A stretch of DNA of 64,000 bases from the human T2T-CHM13v2.0 reference genome, Homo sapiens, in the NCBI RefSeq assembly GCF_009914755.1, contig NC_060942.1. One strand, 5' to 3'. A model generated the notes under the pieces. It searched no databases. It was not told where the DNA came from and saw nothing but the letters and a program-made list of their open reading frames with translations. Positions 17,661 through 32,305 of this stretch are shown in pieces. The first letter of the stretch is position 1, and each line of letters begins with the position of its first letter. The translations under genes and the position numbers were made by a program.

Positions 17661-18920
17661 GGAGTTGAAAAATTATTAAAAATCTTTGATGCTCGAATGG
17701 TGGTGTGGTGGAGGAAGGATGAAGAAGGTAAGCCTTAGTATTGGAGAAAAAAACCCCCAAATGGCCCGGTAAATTGTGTATAACTTTGCATTGTCTTTGT
17801 AAGAATATAATATAGATCTATCTGATTTTTAAAATTGTTGTAATGGAGGGGCTAGGCAGAGATGTTTTTCTGGTGTATTAATTGTATTATTCAGAAATAA
17901 CTAGAGTGGTGATGGCAGTGAAATGGCAGAGTTGGCGGCTCCATATGCCTGCCCTTCCACAGAAACATTGAAAATCAAGCAGAAACTGTTAGAACTAACT
18001 ACTTCAGACCTCTAGAAAAGTCAAAGGTTTACAGCACCCAGGAAATTGCTGCATCCAGAGAAAGTCAACCTAGAAACAGTTGGAAAGCTTTTTCCCCACA
18101 ATTGTCCTGATCTCAGCACCTTCTCCCAACACTGTAACAGGGCACTAATCTTGAAGATAATGGCCCATGTTCCCAGTTTGCAGCTTATTCCAAATAATTG
18201 TTTCTGCCTCTAACCAGTCGGGGGACTGCTTGGAGGGTTGACCCTAGGTGCTTGTCTTTTTTCACCTAACTTGAACTCAGGGCAGAAAAGTAGAAATGTA
18301 GCGCCATTTCTCAAACATATGCAAGGCTAATGAATAGCCTGTAGTAGCAGAGGGCAAAAGATGACAGTCAAGCCAGATAGTAGAGTGTCAAATGCCAGGC
18401 AGAAGAAGCTAGGGAGGGAGTTTCTTTGGGAAATTTGAGCATTCAAAAATTCCCCTGTGTATGCTGGGGAATTTTGGAAGCGACATGCAAGCCAAGAACT
18501 GGAGGAATGCTCAGATCCAAAGTCTTTCCCTCTGGCCAGTCTCTAGGCTCAGTGCAAGAAGGAAGGGAAGGATGCAGCACAGTTGTTAATGGCCTGGCTA
18601 AATCTTCAGTGAGGCTGCCGCACAGAGCCAGGCTCCAAAGCCCAGGACAGGTTTTGTTTGGGTTTGTTTCCTCCTCCCCCCTGCCCCTCCTTTTTCTCTC
18701 TTCATTTTGAAGGAAATCTTTGTCAGAACACTGGCTGAATATAAGAATGGAAGAGAGACTTTAGAGACCATCCATGATAAAGAATACACACTTTACAAAA
18801 ATAGTGTAGAAAAATCAGTAGACAAACACAGCTACAGCATGTAACAATAAAATCAACCAAGAAGAGGGAGAAATAGCTAATTTCCAGAATTACCAGATTA
18901 TAATGTATGTCCAGTTTTCT

Positions 18921-19217
<297 letters not shown>

Positions 19218-20055
19218 GTATGTCCAGTTTTCTACAAAAAACATTACAAAGCATGCAACAAAACAAAATGTGGCCCACTCCCAGAAGAAGGTAATAGTAA
19301 CTGCCCCTGAGGAAAGCCAGACATCAGACTTAGGAGACAAAAAGTTTAAATCAGCTGTCTTAAATGTGCCAGGGCGCTCAAGGAAACCATGGGGATGTTG
19401 CTTAAAAGATATCAGAATGATGTAGAAGCAAGTAGAGAATTATCTAAAGGAAGCAAACAAATTCTGGCACTGAAAAGTATAGTAAGTGAAAAGAACACTC
19501 ACTGGAGGGATTCAGTAGCAGAATTGAGCACACCAAAGAAACAGTGAACTTAAGCCTAGGTCAGTTGTATTTATCCAGTTTGAGGAGCAGAAAGAATGGG
19601 AAAAAAAAAACAAAACCGCTCTTAAGAGACCTGTGGGACAGCATCAAGCGTACCAAATACACATGATGGAGATGCAAGAAGTCGAGGAGAGAGAGAGAGG
19701 ACAGAGAAAATATGTGAAGGAATAATGGCCAAAAACTTTCTAAATTTGATAAAAGACATTAATCTGTACATTCAGGAAGTACAGCAAAGCACATGAAGGA
19801 TAATACGAGAAAAATCCATAATGAGATACATAACCAAGCAGCTGACACCCACAGACCAAGAGGACACCCTGAAAGCAGAGAGAGAGAGAGAAGTAACTGG
19901 TCACACACAAGGAACCCTCCGTAGGATTTATCAGAAGCCATGGAGGTCTGAAGGCAGTGGGGTGACATTTTTAAAATGGTGAGAGAGAGAGAAAAAAAAC
20001 CTGTCAGTTAAGAATTCTATATCTGGTAAAACTGTCATTCAGAAATGAAGAAGTT

Positions 20056-20378
<323 letters not shown>

Positions 20379-21489
20379 CTAATACGCTTTCGTGCATCTA
20401 AGGGCATTATCAAAAATGTAAAAAGAAAGAATGAGAGAAAATTGTATATCTGATAAGGATCCAGTATCCAGGATACATAAAGAACTCTTACAATTTCAAC
20501 ATTAGAAAGATAACCCAATTAGAAAATAGGCAAAGGACCTGGACAGGCAATTCTAATTCTCCGAAGAAAATATACAGATGGCCAACATACATGTGAAACG
20601 ACAGTCAGTCAACAGCCTTAGACCAGAGGGAAGTGCAAATCTCTATGAGACATCACCATACACCACTAGGTTGGCTGTAATTTTAAAATATAGAATATCG
20701 AGTGCTGGAGAGGATCTGGAGAAATTAGAATCTTTGCACATTGCTTGTGGGAACAAAGTGGTTCAGCAGCTGTGGAAAACACACTGTCAGTTTCTCAAAT
20801 AGTTAAAAAGAATTTAAAGCAGGGACCCAGTGTTTATTTAGTGTTTATTCACTATTCACAATAGCCAAAGGGTGATAATAGCCCAGATGTTCACTAAAAG
20901 ATGAGTGGATAAACGAATGGATAGCAAATTTCTATGATGGAATTTTATTCAGGCATAGAAATCATGAAGGGTTGCTACATGCTACAACCTGGATGAACCT
21001 CAAAACATTATGCTATGTGGAAGAAGCCAGATGAAAAAGGTCCCATATTGTGTGACTTCATCTATAGGAGATATCCACAATTGGTAAATTAGTAGAGATA
21101 AACTGCAGACTGGAGGTGGCCATAGATGAGCGGAAGAAGGGAGCACGAAGCATCTGCCTAACAGGCATTGGGTTTCCTTTTTTGGTGATGAAAGTGTTTT
21201 GGGACTTGATAGAGTTGGTCGCACTGCATTGTGAATACAGTCAATGCCACTGAATGGTTCACTTTAAAATGGCTTTTTATGTTACGTACGTTTCACCCAA
21301 AAATGGCATAAAATGTTGAGGAAGACCTTCTGCTGTTACGTCTTTTGTACTTCTGTGATACTTGAACTTCAGGTACTTTAAAAATAATTTTCAGTATGTT
21401 TATTTCAAATGTACATGAAAATTTACCATTTAAGAAAAATTAGCCATCATTGCTGGTCATCTAAGAAGTAGAAGTTTCACATGTCAATA

Positions 21490-21725
21490 ATGATAATGAT
21501 AGCTACTTTTTTACTTCCTTGTGTGTGTCAGATAACATTCAGAGTACGAGTTCTCATATCCAGCATCGTCCAAGCGGGAGTTGATGTGCTCTCCGAGTTC
21601 TAGATGAGAAAGCTGCGGTTTGTGAATAGTTTGCCCTGAGCCACAGTAGTTTTAGGTAGAGCTGGTGCTTGAACCTAGATCATTCTGACTCTAATCCAGT
21701 GTTCTTTCAGCTGTGGCACACTGCT
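21490..21725. mobile_element. MIR fragment
   Basis: agatgagaaagctg...ttgccctgagccacag...tctgactctaatccagtgttctt. Confidence 0.55.
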
Positions 21726-22240
21726 TCATGGCTGGTGGTTCTGATACAGATGTTTGATGAGTAAAATCCGTAGTATTAAAAAATGCATCAGTTTAGGCTT
21801 ATTATTGAGCACAGTTTAAAATTTACTTTTTTATTAAGAATATTTTCTGTTGACCTCCTCCTCAGTTTCCAGTATTTCACAGTTACCTCTTTGAATGGCA
21901 TTGATGGCAGCCTCCTTGTGTGCCTTTCTGTAGTTTGCTGGACCATATTTACAACATTTGGACTGTGTCATTTTGGAGTTCTCAAGCACATTCTTATAGA
22001 AGTAAACTGGAAGAATGTTCTCTGTTACTTTTTTCTTTTGAAAAGGAAAGCCACTTATAAATACGCTTTGTTTGGAAGCAGAAAATATTTTAACCAGTAT
22101 ATTATCACAATCACACTGAAATTATTTTGAGTTATCTTGTGTTTTATTTTCTGATAACTTTTTTGGGTGTAGGAATTTTCTATGTATGTTGCTGTTACTT
22201 TACTTTCTTCTTGTTTATGACTGCTTGTTTTTGTTTTGTT

Positions 22241-22368
22241 TTGTTTTTAGTAGAGGCAGGGTTTCACCATGTTGGCCAGGTTGGTCTCAAACTCCTGGCC
22301 TCAAATAATGCACCCGCCTCAGCCTCTCAGAGTGCTGGGATTACAGGTGTGAGCCACCATGCCCAGCC
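22241..22368 (-). mobile_element. Alu left monomer (FLAM/partial Alu)
   Basis: Single antisense left arm preceded by a (TTTTG)n tail. Confidence 0.8.
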
Positions 22369-22481
22369 TTTCTTGAAGTGTACTTAAATCATTTTTGTTT
22401 CCGTGGTCTGACACCTGAGCAGCATTTGAAAAGGATCCATCCCAGTATTTCATTCAGGAACATTCAGTATACATCCTGGTA

Positions 22482-22566
22482 TTAGATTGGTGCAAAAATA
22501 GTTGCACCAAGTAATTTTGTCATTGGAAGTAATGGCAAAAACCACAGTTACTTTTGCACCAACCTG
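22482..22566. mobile_element. MADE1 (Hsmar1-derived MITE), rearranged left arm
   Basis: ttagattggtgcaaaa...gtaatggcaaaaaccacagttacttttgcaccaacct terminal inverted repeats. Confidence 0.85.
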
Positions 22567-22637
22567 TATTTCTGCTATGTAATGATATTTCATGAACACC
22601 TTCCATTTTTTATTATTAGTTCTCTGTGGCTGGACCA

Positions 22638-22686
22638 AGGTAGATATACTCAGATGTGGCCATATAGACTCAGGAGTGGTTATAAA

Positions 22687-22717
<31 letters not shown>

Positions 22718-22805
22718 TCTCAAGTGGGTAGATACACTCAGGTGTGGCCATATAGATCCAGGAGTGGTTATAAACATACATACACACACACTCAAGTAGA
22801 TACAT
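22638..22805. repeat. Imperfect ~88-bp tandem duplication, each copy ending in a (CA)n tract
   Basis: ggtagata(t/c)actcag(a/g)tgtggccatataga....aggagtggttataaaca occurs twice. Confidence 0.85.
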
Positions 22806-24804
22806 AAACTCATTACCACTGTTTCTTCTCAGGTCACCCTTAGAGGATCTGTGTGAATTCATTTCTTCATGATATATCAACTACAAGTCTTTCCATCCTT
22901 CCTTTTCACTTGAGATGTGTGTGCTACCTCTAGGTCTCACCAGTGCTTCTAACCAGGGAGATACTTCTTAGTCACTAAAGCGGACTGAGGTCTGCCCCCC
23001 GCAGCCTTTGAACAGCCCTTAGCTGGGCCTGGCTGATGGGACTTTACTGGCGGCCCTGCAGCTCCTGGCCTGGCTCCAGCTCTGACTCCAGCTGTCTCTT
23101 CTGTCCGAAGTGGGAAATGGACTCCTCACTGCTGATACTGCTCCATCTTTCCTTTGCGGTAGCACTCTCCTTTCAAAGTAAAAAGTATTTTCCAAAAGTG
23201 CATCTGATGCCATTTTATGGCTTAGAACCCTTGAGTCGCATGTGACTCTCCAGCTCCCTGTGGCCTGGCTCTGGCCACCTGCTCCAGCTCCTTCTGTGAT
23301 TTCCGAAGTGTGGTTGTACTGGTTTTTCCTTTAGTTCTTTGGATAGGCCTCTCCTTTTCCCTCTTAGAGACTGGCTTTTAAAGTAATAGCCACTCTGTCT
23401 GGTGGTTCTTGTTCTGTCCTGTACTGTTTGGCCACTTCCTACTCAAAACTTCAGGTTTTATTAAAAGATTATCTTAGAGAGTTCTGCCTCGATTTCTTCC
23501 AGTGTTATTCCCCACCCCAGCCCACACATACATCCCATGGCACCTGTACCTCCCTGTGGGGAGTGGCGTTACTCTGAGGACTACTTTAATTCCTGGACTC
23601 TCAGTTTCGTGAGCTTGGGGTCCTGGTTTCCCCCAGAGTAAGTAGAGTCATTGGCATGGCATGTGGTGAGCACTCAGTGAACTGCGGGAGTCAAGAAAGA
23701 AAGAAGTTCCAGATCCAGATGAAAGTGCTGAGCCTGGTCTAAGGCCAGGGGGCTGCCCTGTGAGATGGCACCAGTTTGCGTTTCCATTGTGCCAACAAAT
23801 GTCCTTCCTTGCCCACTCATTCCAGTTAAAAAAGTTTCATTGTTCATTTGTGATCTTTTATAAATTACTTAATACCTTTTGTTTCTTTATCTATTTTTAC
23901 CTTATTACAATTTTTCTACTAAAAGGAATTTGCCTTTGTCACATGTAGCAAATGTTTTTACCTTGACTTATTTTTAAAAAATCATTTTTCTTGGATGTAA
24001 TGTATAATTTTTATATAATTTAAATATCCTGATCTTTTGTGATTTTTACTTTAATCTTGGAAAGTCTACTCATTCCCCATATAAGTGAGCATTGTGTTTT
24101 CATACAGTGTTTCTGGATTTTCATTTTTTGTAGTTAAGGTTTACTGCATTTGTAATTTTACACTTAAGATGTATACTATGTGGAGAAGGGATCTTTCTTT
24201 TCTTTTTTCCCCCACAAATGCTCAGCAGTTGTTTTGAAACCATGTTTAAAGTTAGCAGAGTTCTTCCCCAGACCTTTGAGACTTAACCAGGTTTGTTGTC
24301 CAAGGACTCAGAACATGAGCTGGCTCCACTGAACCTGTGCCTCTCAGCCTGAGTACAGTATGGGCCTTATGTGCACCAGAGCTAATCTCAAGATGAATTT
24401 TATGTTTTATATTACTTAACATGAAAAGCCCCAGACTCCAAGTCATCCTTCAGATTCTGCATTTTAATTACCATGGGATACTGTGTATCTTTATTCTTAC
24501 CCTTGGTCTTGTTTCACTGTGCTTCCAGAATTCATGTTCTGTTTTTCCCTTCATAACCTGAAGCTTTTCTATCTATGGATTCTTCTCTGAATGTGCCTTC
24601 TTGCTCTCATTAAACTGTGGCTCTTTTCTGAGGGCCCACATCCTAAACAGACTCTTTGGTAGCTCTAGTTTTGGCTCCTGTAGCCTTAGTGCCACTCCAC
24701 CTGCAGTTAGGCCCCTCTTTCCGGCTCATTCTCTTTAGTGCCTGGACTTCAGTTCGTTTTCAACCTCCAGTTTATTGACTTTGCATCCTTTCTACCATTC
24801 CTAG

Positions 24805-25510
24805 CCCCTTCGATCTTCTATTTGAAGAAGTCCAGTTGGTCAGTTTTATTTATGATTGTGCTTTTGTTGTTCTAAGAACTCTTTTCCTAACCCAGGTTTT
24901 ACAAATGTTTCTTTCTGCTCTGTTTCTCCTGTTTTCTTCTAGAAGTTTTTTTAGTTTTAGGAATTATACTTACGAATATCCATTTTGAGTCTATTTTTGT
25001 CTACTGTGCAGAGTATGGGTGTTTTTTTGCATATGGCCATTCAGTCGTTGTCAGTACTGTTTTTTGAAAAAGTGATCCTTTCTCTACTGCATTGCCTTTA
25101 AACTCTTCATGTAAGTTTATCTCTGGACCCTCTTTCTGCTCCATTGATCTGTTTGTCTGTCTGTAAACATCATGCTCTTTTGGTTACTGTTGCTTTATAA
25201 TTTTTGAAATCAAGCCTTCCACCTTTGTTCTTCATTTTCAGAGCTGTTTTTGTTAAGGAAATACAAAGGGCCTACATCTAACAACTAATACTAGTGTATT
25301 AATACAACTAATTATTAATACAACTAATTAATACAACTAATACTAGTGTATTATTTGGCTTACCAATTTCTACAAAAAAGCCTTCTGCAGTTTTGAATGG
25401 GATTTCATTGAATCTGTAAATCCATTTGGCAGAGAACTGACATTTTAATAATATTTAATCTTTTGACCCATGTGTGAGATACATCTTCCCCTTTAAAATT
25501 TTTTTCTCAG
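24805..25510 (-). mobile_element. Old L1M fragment
   Basis: Antisense ORF2-like (ccattgatctgtttgtctgt; gatttcattgaatctgtaaatc). Confidence 0.6.
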
Positions 25511-25900
25511 CAGTGTTTTGTTGTTTTTTGAGGGTTAGTTGTCTTTTATCTCAGCTTTCAATATTTTGTTACTGGTTTTGAGCGATTTGATTATGATGTG
25601 CCTAGGTGTAATTTTCTTTATTTTTTTATGCTAGGGATTCATTTAACTTTTTGAATCTGTGGGATATAAGTTGCATTAAATATGGAAAGTGTTTAGCCTT
25701 TATTTCTTCAAATATTTTTTCTTCCCTCTCCAGTGTCAAGGTTTCCAGTTATACCTGTATTAGACTGTTTGAGGTAGTGACACATTCATTGATGTTTTTA
25801 AATTTTTCTTTTAAATTCTTTTTTCTGTTTTATTTTGCACAGTTCTATTGCTGTGTCTTCAGATTTACTGTTCTTTCCTTCCACAAGGTCTATTCTATTG

Positions 25901-26263
25901 TGTGTTAGTCTGTTCTCACGCTGCTAATAAAGACATACCCAAGACCGAGTAATTTATAAGGAAAGAGGTTTAATTGACTCACAGTTCAGCATGGCTGGGG
26001 AAGGCCTCAGGAAACTTACAACCATGGAGGAAGGAGAAGCAAACACGTCCTTCTTCACATGGTGGCAGCAAGGAGAAGTGCAAAAAGGGGAAAAGCCACT
26101 TACAAAACCATTAGAACGCACTCACTATCACAAGGGTAACAGCATGAGGGTAACCGCCCCATGATTCATTTACCTCCCACCGGGTCCCTCCCACAACATG
26201 TGGGGAGTATAGGAACTACAATTCAAGATGAGAGTTGGGTGGAGACACAGCCAAACCATATCA
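25901..26263 (-). mobile_element. THE1 (MaLR) solo LTR, THE1C/D-like
   Basis: tgtgttagtctgttctcacgctgctaataaagacatacc...gacacagccaaaccatatca. Confidence 0.88.
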
Positions 26264-27975
26264 TACTTTAATTTCATTTGTTGTATTTTTTATCTCAAGC
26301 ATTGTTTTTGTGTCTGGAAGTTTGATTTGGGTCTTTTTTGTATCCTTCATGTCTCTCACTTTCTGGTCTGGGAATACAGTTTTCATAGCTGTTTTCATGT
26401 CCGTGTCTGCTAATTATAACATTTGTGTCAGTTGTGGGTCAGTTTTGATTGAATGGTTTTTCTCCTCGTATGGGTCATATCTTCTTGCTTCTTTGCATGC
26501 CTATTAATTTTTTATTGGATGTCAGACATTGTGAATTTTATCTTTTTGGGTGGTGGATATTTTTATATTCCTGCAAATATTGTTGAGTATTGTTTGGGAT
26601 GCTGTTCAGCTACTTGGATAGGCCTTGCTTTGTTGCATCATTGGACAGATCTGGGGCATGCTCCATGGGGTTGGTTATTCCCCAGCGTGAGGCCAGACGT
26701 GCTCTGTGGGTCATGGGCTTCTCCAGTCTGGCTCGAAGGGCACTTTGTAAACATGGGCATTCTCTGTTCCTTTTGGATATCCCCCGTCACTGCCTTCCTT
26801 TCTGGACACTCAGTTTTTCTCAGCATGCAGGCATGTTCTCCTTCAGGAACTCTGCCCTGGCCCTTCCTTCAGCCTCTGCATGCTCTTAGATGCCTGTTCG
26901 TGGCCTCCGCACTGTTTCCTGACTCCTGGCTCCAATGCCTCCTTTTCTAGGCGTCCTCTCCTAACCCTGCAACAGTCACAGATGCCCACCTTTGCTCTCC
27001 ACCAGCATCCTGGGCCGTGTGCTCTGCCCTCATTTTTCCATAGCACCTGCTACATTCCAGCATGCCATACACCCTTTAAAGGTGTGCCATTGTCACTAAT
27101 GTAGCACAGGTGCCTGCAGTAGGAACTGGAATGTAGTAGGTGTTGAGGAAATGGGTTAAGTACTGTCTTCAGATTTTGTGGAGGTTTGCTGTACTTCTTT
27201 CTTGAAGTATGTTCTCAGTGCTTTAATACATTTTAGGAATTCATCCATTTGAATTCGCTTCTGTGGAGTGTTTTACAGCCTAGAGTAGTAATGCCATCTA
27301 CATCATAAGATAAATTGTAACTTTTTGTTCAACTAGAATTTTTACCAGTATTTATGTTTATTAGGTAAGAAATTTTAGAATTAGCTAGAAGATAGCAGTA
27401 ATTTTGTTCAACTCAGTTTATTGGAATTATTTTTAGGAACGTTTATATGAAATATGTGGATGTTGTGGCCTGCAAAGAAACTAATATGCTCAAGTGACAC
27501 AGTTTTACATGAGAAAGCTCCAGCCTGGACCTCAGTGTTTTTGACTTACATTTCACACACCTTTGCAAGCAGAATGGAGAGGAATCCTAGTTTGTTCACT
27601 CAGCCACTTCATCACGAAATGTTTATTGTGTACCTGCTTAGGGCTTTGGCACATCCCATTTACTTACTTAAACGATATGCCTCAAACTCTACAGAGATAC
27701 ATGGATGTGAGTAATTTGGCAATGAGTCTACCTGCTTTTGCAGTTGAAGATCTTAGAGATCTAAGTTTTGTTTACTTTGATCAGCATATTCATTTAGTTT
27801 ACTTGTGAGGTGGTAAACTATCATCTCAACTAAATTTGTTTATAGAAAAGTAAGTTATACTTTATTTCACTTTAATGGATGGATATTAAGATGTAATGAT
27901 TAATTACTAGAAGTATTAGAACCTTCTGTTCATTATTGTTGTTCTTACATTAAAAAAAAAAAAAAAACCAGTATT

Positions 27976-28232
27976 GGCCGGGTGTGGTGGCTCCTGCCGT
28001 ATTCATAGACTGATGTGGGTGGATTGCTTGAGCTCAGGAGTTTGAGACCAGTCTGGGAACACGGTGAAATCTCATCTCTACAAAAAATACAAAAATTAGC
28101 CAAGTGTGGTGGTGCGTACTTGTAGTCCCATCTACTCCAGAGGCTGAGGTGGGGGGATCACCCGAGCCAGGGAGATCGAGGCCACAGTGAGCCATGATTG
28201 TGCCACTATACTCCAGACTGGGTGACAGAAAA
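27976..28232 (+). mobile_element. AluJ element (internally deleted)
   Basis: ggccgggtgtggtggctc...ggattgcttgagctcaggagtttgagacc. Confidence 0.8.
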
Positions 28233-28699
28233 TAATTTAAAAAGTTACTTAATTATCTATCACTCATACCTTGTGTGTGTGTGTTTGGATATAAATACAT
28301 TTTTATCCTTAGTTGCTAGTATTTGTGTTTAGTAGGTCTTACTTTGCTATGTGCCTTAATCCGTTATGACATTGACTCATTTTAACTACTTAGGACATTT
28401 TACTTAGGTTGTAAGTTCCTTTGATTTTAAAATGGGTTAATTTTTTATAGTAAATCCACAAACCAGTAATGTGGTCATTTATTATCATTATCAAGTCTGT
28501 TCAGTACATAATCGAGTGTGCTAGACTTTGACACAGCTGCAGTGCTGTGGATGTTTTGCAGCAGGATGTTTTATACCACAAACACGTGACTCCCTCCTTG
28601 TGCTGCGGTGGCACGTCAGCTACTACATCACTGGGACAGTAAGAATTTTTCAGCTCCATTATCATCTTGTTTTCCCCAAAGTGGCTGTATTTTATTTTG

Positions 28700-29056
28700 T
28701 TTTCATTTTTATCTTTTAAATTTTTGTGAGTACATAGTAGGTATATATATTTGTGGGCTACATGAGATATTTTGATGCAGGCATTCAATGGGTAATAATC
28801 ACATCAGGGTAAATGGGGTATCCATCCCCTCAAGCAGGTATCCTTTGTGTTACAAACAGTCCACTTACACTCTTTTAGTTGTTTTAAAATGTACAAGTAT
28901 TTTTGACTGTAGTCACTTTGTTGCTCTAGCAAATATTGTCTTATTCATTCTTTCTATTTTTCATACCTATTAACCATCCTCGCTTCCCCCCACAACTCCC
29001 ACTAACCTTCCCAGCCTCTGGTAATCACCCTTCTACTCTCTGTCTCCATGAGTTTA
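28700..29056 (-). mobile_element. L1MA-like 3' end fragment
   Basis: gtacatagtaggtatatatatttgtggg...cccagcctctggtaatcacccttctactctc. Confidence 0.8.
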
Positions 29057-29639
29057 ATTTACTATGGGTAAATTTTGGATATGCATTTGGAAAGAAGAAA
29101 CTACATGTCATAAAAGTATATTTCAGTTACCCTTTAAACCTATCGTAGGATCTGAAATTTAGTGGATACTCAGATATTTAAATATTGATAGCATTTTAAG
29201 CACATTATTTACAGGTATATATAAAATATTACTGGTGTTAATGTGGGTTATTAAAAGCTTCACAGAGGTTAGACTTGCTGTGTCATTAAGTCTGGGAAGG
29301 GAGGGATTTCAATCCAAGGGAGCAAGTGCTGGGAGCTTCTGCGAGTAAGTGGAGGGACGAGGTTCCCGGTGAGGTAGAGCAGGGGCCGACAGAGATGGAG
29401 GAGCCAGCTGGTAAAGCCTGGCAGCTAACTTAGGGTCCATTTTGAGGAACTTATATTTTTTGATACAAATATGATTATCTTCTAAATAATTATCATCGAA
29501 TGGAATTTTTTGGGGGGGAATTTCTTTAGTTTTTTTCAACTCATTCATTTGGAATTAGGGAAATTATAGTATTATATTTTCTTTACACGGGCAGAAATTA
29601 ATGACTGGTAGTGGGGTTGGTGGGCAGGTTATATGTTTA

Positions 29640-30011
<372 letters not shown>

Positions 30012-30206
30012 TCAGAGGAGCCCATATAATTTGTTGTTCATGGGAACAAGTGAGATGAATGCTTTTCCTCTATGAGGAAAAACCCACTTGTGCTATTATG
30101 TTTCTGAAAAATAATGGAAGGGAACATTTATTGCTAGAAAGATTTAGTGGAAATATTTAATTGAAATAGTTTAGAGAGTGGAAAGTACTGTTGTTACCTT
30201 ACTTGG

Positions 30207-30581
30207 CGATACCGTTTGGCTGTGTCCCCACCCAAATCTCATCTTGAATTGTAGTTCCCATAATCCCCATGTGTCATGGGAGGGACCCAGTGGGAAGTAA
30301 TTGAATCATGGGAGTGGTTACCCCCATGCTGTTGTGATAGTGGGTGAGTTCTCACGAGATCTGATGGTTTTATAAGGGGCTTTTCTCCCTTTGCTCGGCA
30401 CTTCTCATTGCTGCCACCATGTGAAGAAGGACGTGTTTGCTTTCCCTTCACCATTATTGATTGTAAGTTTTCCAAGGCCTCCCCAGTTATGCTGACCTGT
30501 GAGGCAATGAAACCTCTTTCCTTTATAAATTACCCAGTTTTGGGTCTGTCTGTATTAGTAGGGTGAGAACAGACTAATATA
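30207..30581 (+). mobile_element. THE1 (MaLR) solo LTR
   Basis: gtttggctgtgtccccacccaaatctcatcttgaattg...gagaacagactaatata; 5-bp TSD CTTGG at 30202-30206 and 30582-30586. Confidence 0.9.
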
Positions 30582-32199
30582 CTTGGTCACTATTAACTAG
30601 TTCATTAAAAAACAAAAAGCTGATAATACACGACTTACTGAGTGTGCACTTGATAGTATATTGAATAGGATAGTTTTAAGAAAAAAATATGTCATTAGAT
30701 TTAAATACTAGCATTTACATTGAAATGTCTTTGCTACTGTATTAGAGCTTCCTTCTCTATCAAGTGCAACTCTGAGATTATTAAATTCTGAGTGTCCATT
30801 TCCTAAACACTTTGTGTCGTCGATTGCTCTGTAAGATTATTGAGGCCAGGTGACAGTTGTGTGTTTTATATGTGCCCAGTGACTCTTAAAATTGGGAGAT
30901 TTTTCTGTTTTTACCAGCCTCTCTCAAATCTGATATTAGTATATTACTAGGATCAGTTGTCAGCTCCGTCAACAAAGTGTTAGCCAGAAATCAAATATTT
31001 AATGTAAGTGTAGGCTGTTAGAATGTGGCAGAAAAAGTAATTCATGCTGGACCTTCACTGGTGGACAGGTGTGTGAAAGCGGGTAACTTTCCTCCCCTGT
31101 GTTCTCTGTCCAGTGCCTTAAATGTTCTTTGGCAAAGAGGACAGCAAATAAGTTATTTAAGAAGCTAGGACTTGATAACAATATGATCATTTCTTCAAAA
31201 TTTAGATATGTGTACTTTGAGCAGATATATAAGGCAGGTGGTCATACTATTTTGTTACTGTACTCTGTTTAGCTTTCTAATACTTTGTTCATTGTGTAAT
31301 AGCATTTTGAGAACTTTTTATGCTGTATTTGATCATAAACTTTTTTCGTTAAACATGTAATTGAAGGTAATTTCCATAGAAATTAATCGTGATCACTATA
31401 TAATGCCTGAGAATTAAAGGCTATTAAATATGTTAACTCTCTTACCGTGCTACAGAATAATAAATCTCTCAGAAATGTTAGATCTTAATTACAGAGTCAG
31501 AAAGGATATGTTTTCTATTCAAAATGTTTTAAAGTTATTTACTGTATTATGTGTTATGACTGTAGTGTTTCTTTTTCTCTCCTTTTAAGATGTGTTGATT
31601 ACAGAGAATGTGAAAAAAATAGAAGGAAAGAAGGGTGAATTGGATAGCTAGGAGAGAGGGTGAAATTAGATGATGAAGTAGGAACTTTAGGTCAGTGGGG
31701 CATCTCTACTGCCGGATGCTTTGCTGTGAAAAGCATAGCAGTGGGGGAGGAGGCCTGAAGCTCCTAATGCTCATAGGAATTAAAGTGGACATTTTATTAC
31801 AATTAATGATTTTAAAGCTCAGTTAAGATTTGTTTCACACGTAATTCTAAAGACCATTGCTATTTTATAATATAAATAAAAATAGCTTCAGCCCTTATTG
31901 GCTTGTATAATTGAGGCATGTAGAAAAAACTACAACATAATGCATATAAAAGTTTTGATATATCCAAATCTTTAGGAACAGTGTGATACTACTGAAATAC
32001 AGCTGCTTTAAGAGGTATTTGGGAAATACGATCTTTTAATAAGTTGGATATGGGTCTAAAAGTCAGTGTAACGAGTGTGATGTTAGTTTTTGATAGCTGT
32101 CAACATAAACTGAATGTAAAAGGAAGGAACATTTTCCCTTGTTAGGACAGTAATTACAAAAATGTAAAAATTAACACACAAGGCCATTGCTAGTCTTAA

Positions 32200-32305
32200 A
32201 AGAGAGTGAGACAGGGAGAGAGTGAGGAAGTGAGGGAAAGAGGTTGGGAGAGGCCCAGGAAGAGAAAGAGGGGCAGAGACAGACAGAAAGGGAGGAAGGG
32301 AGGGA
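32200..32305. repeat. GA-rich polypurine low-complexity tract
   Basis: About 100 bp almost entirely A/G. Confidence 0.7.

Noticed and set aside
21783-22387. Two hydrophobic overlapping ORFs resembling membrane proteins (also 26453-26950)
   Set aside because: Hydrophobicity comes from T-rich low-complexity, antisense L1 or Alu sequence; no splice or motif support.
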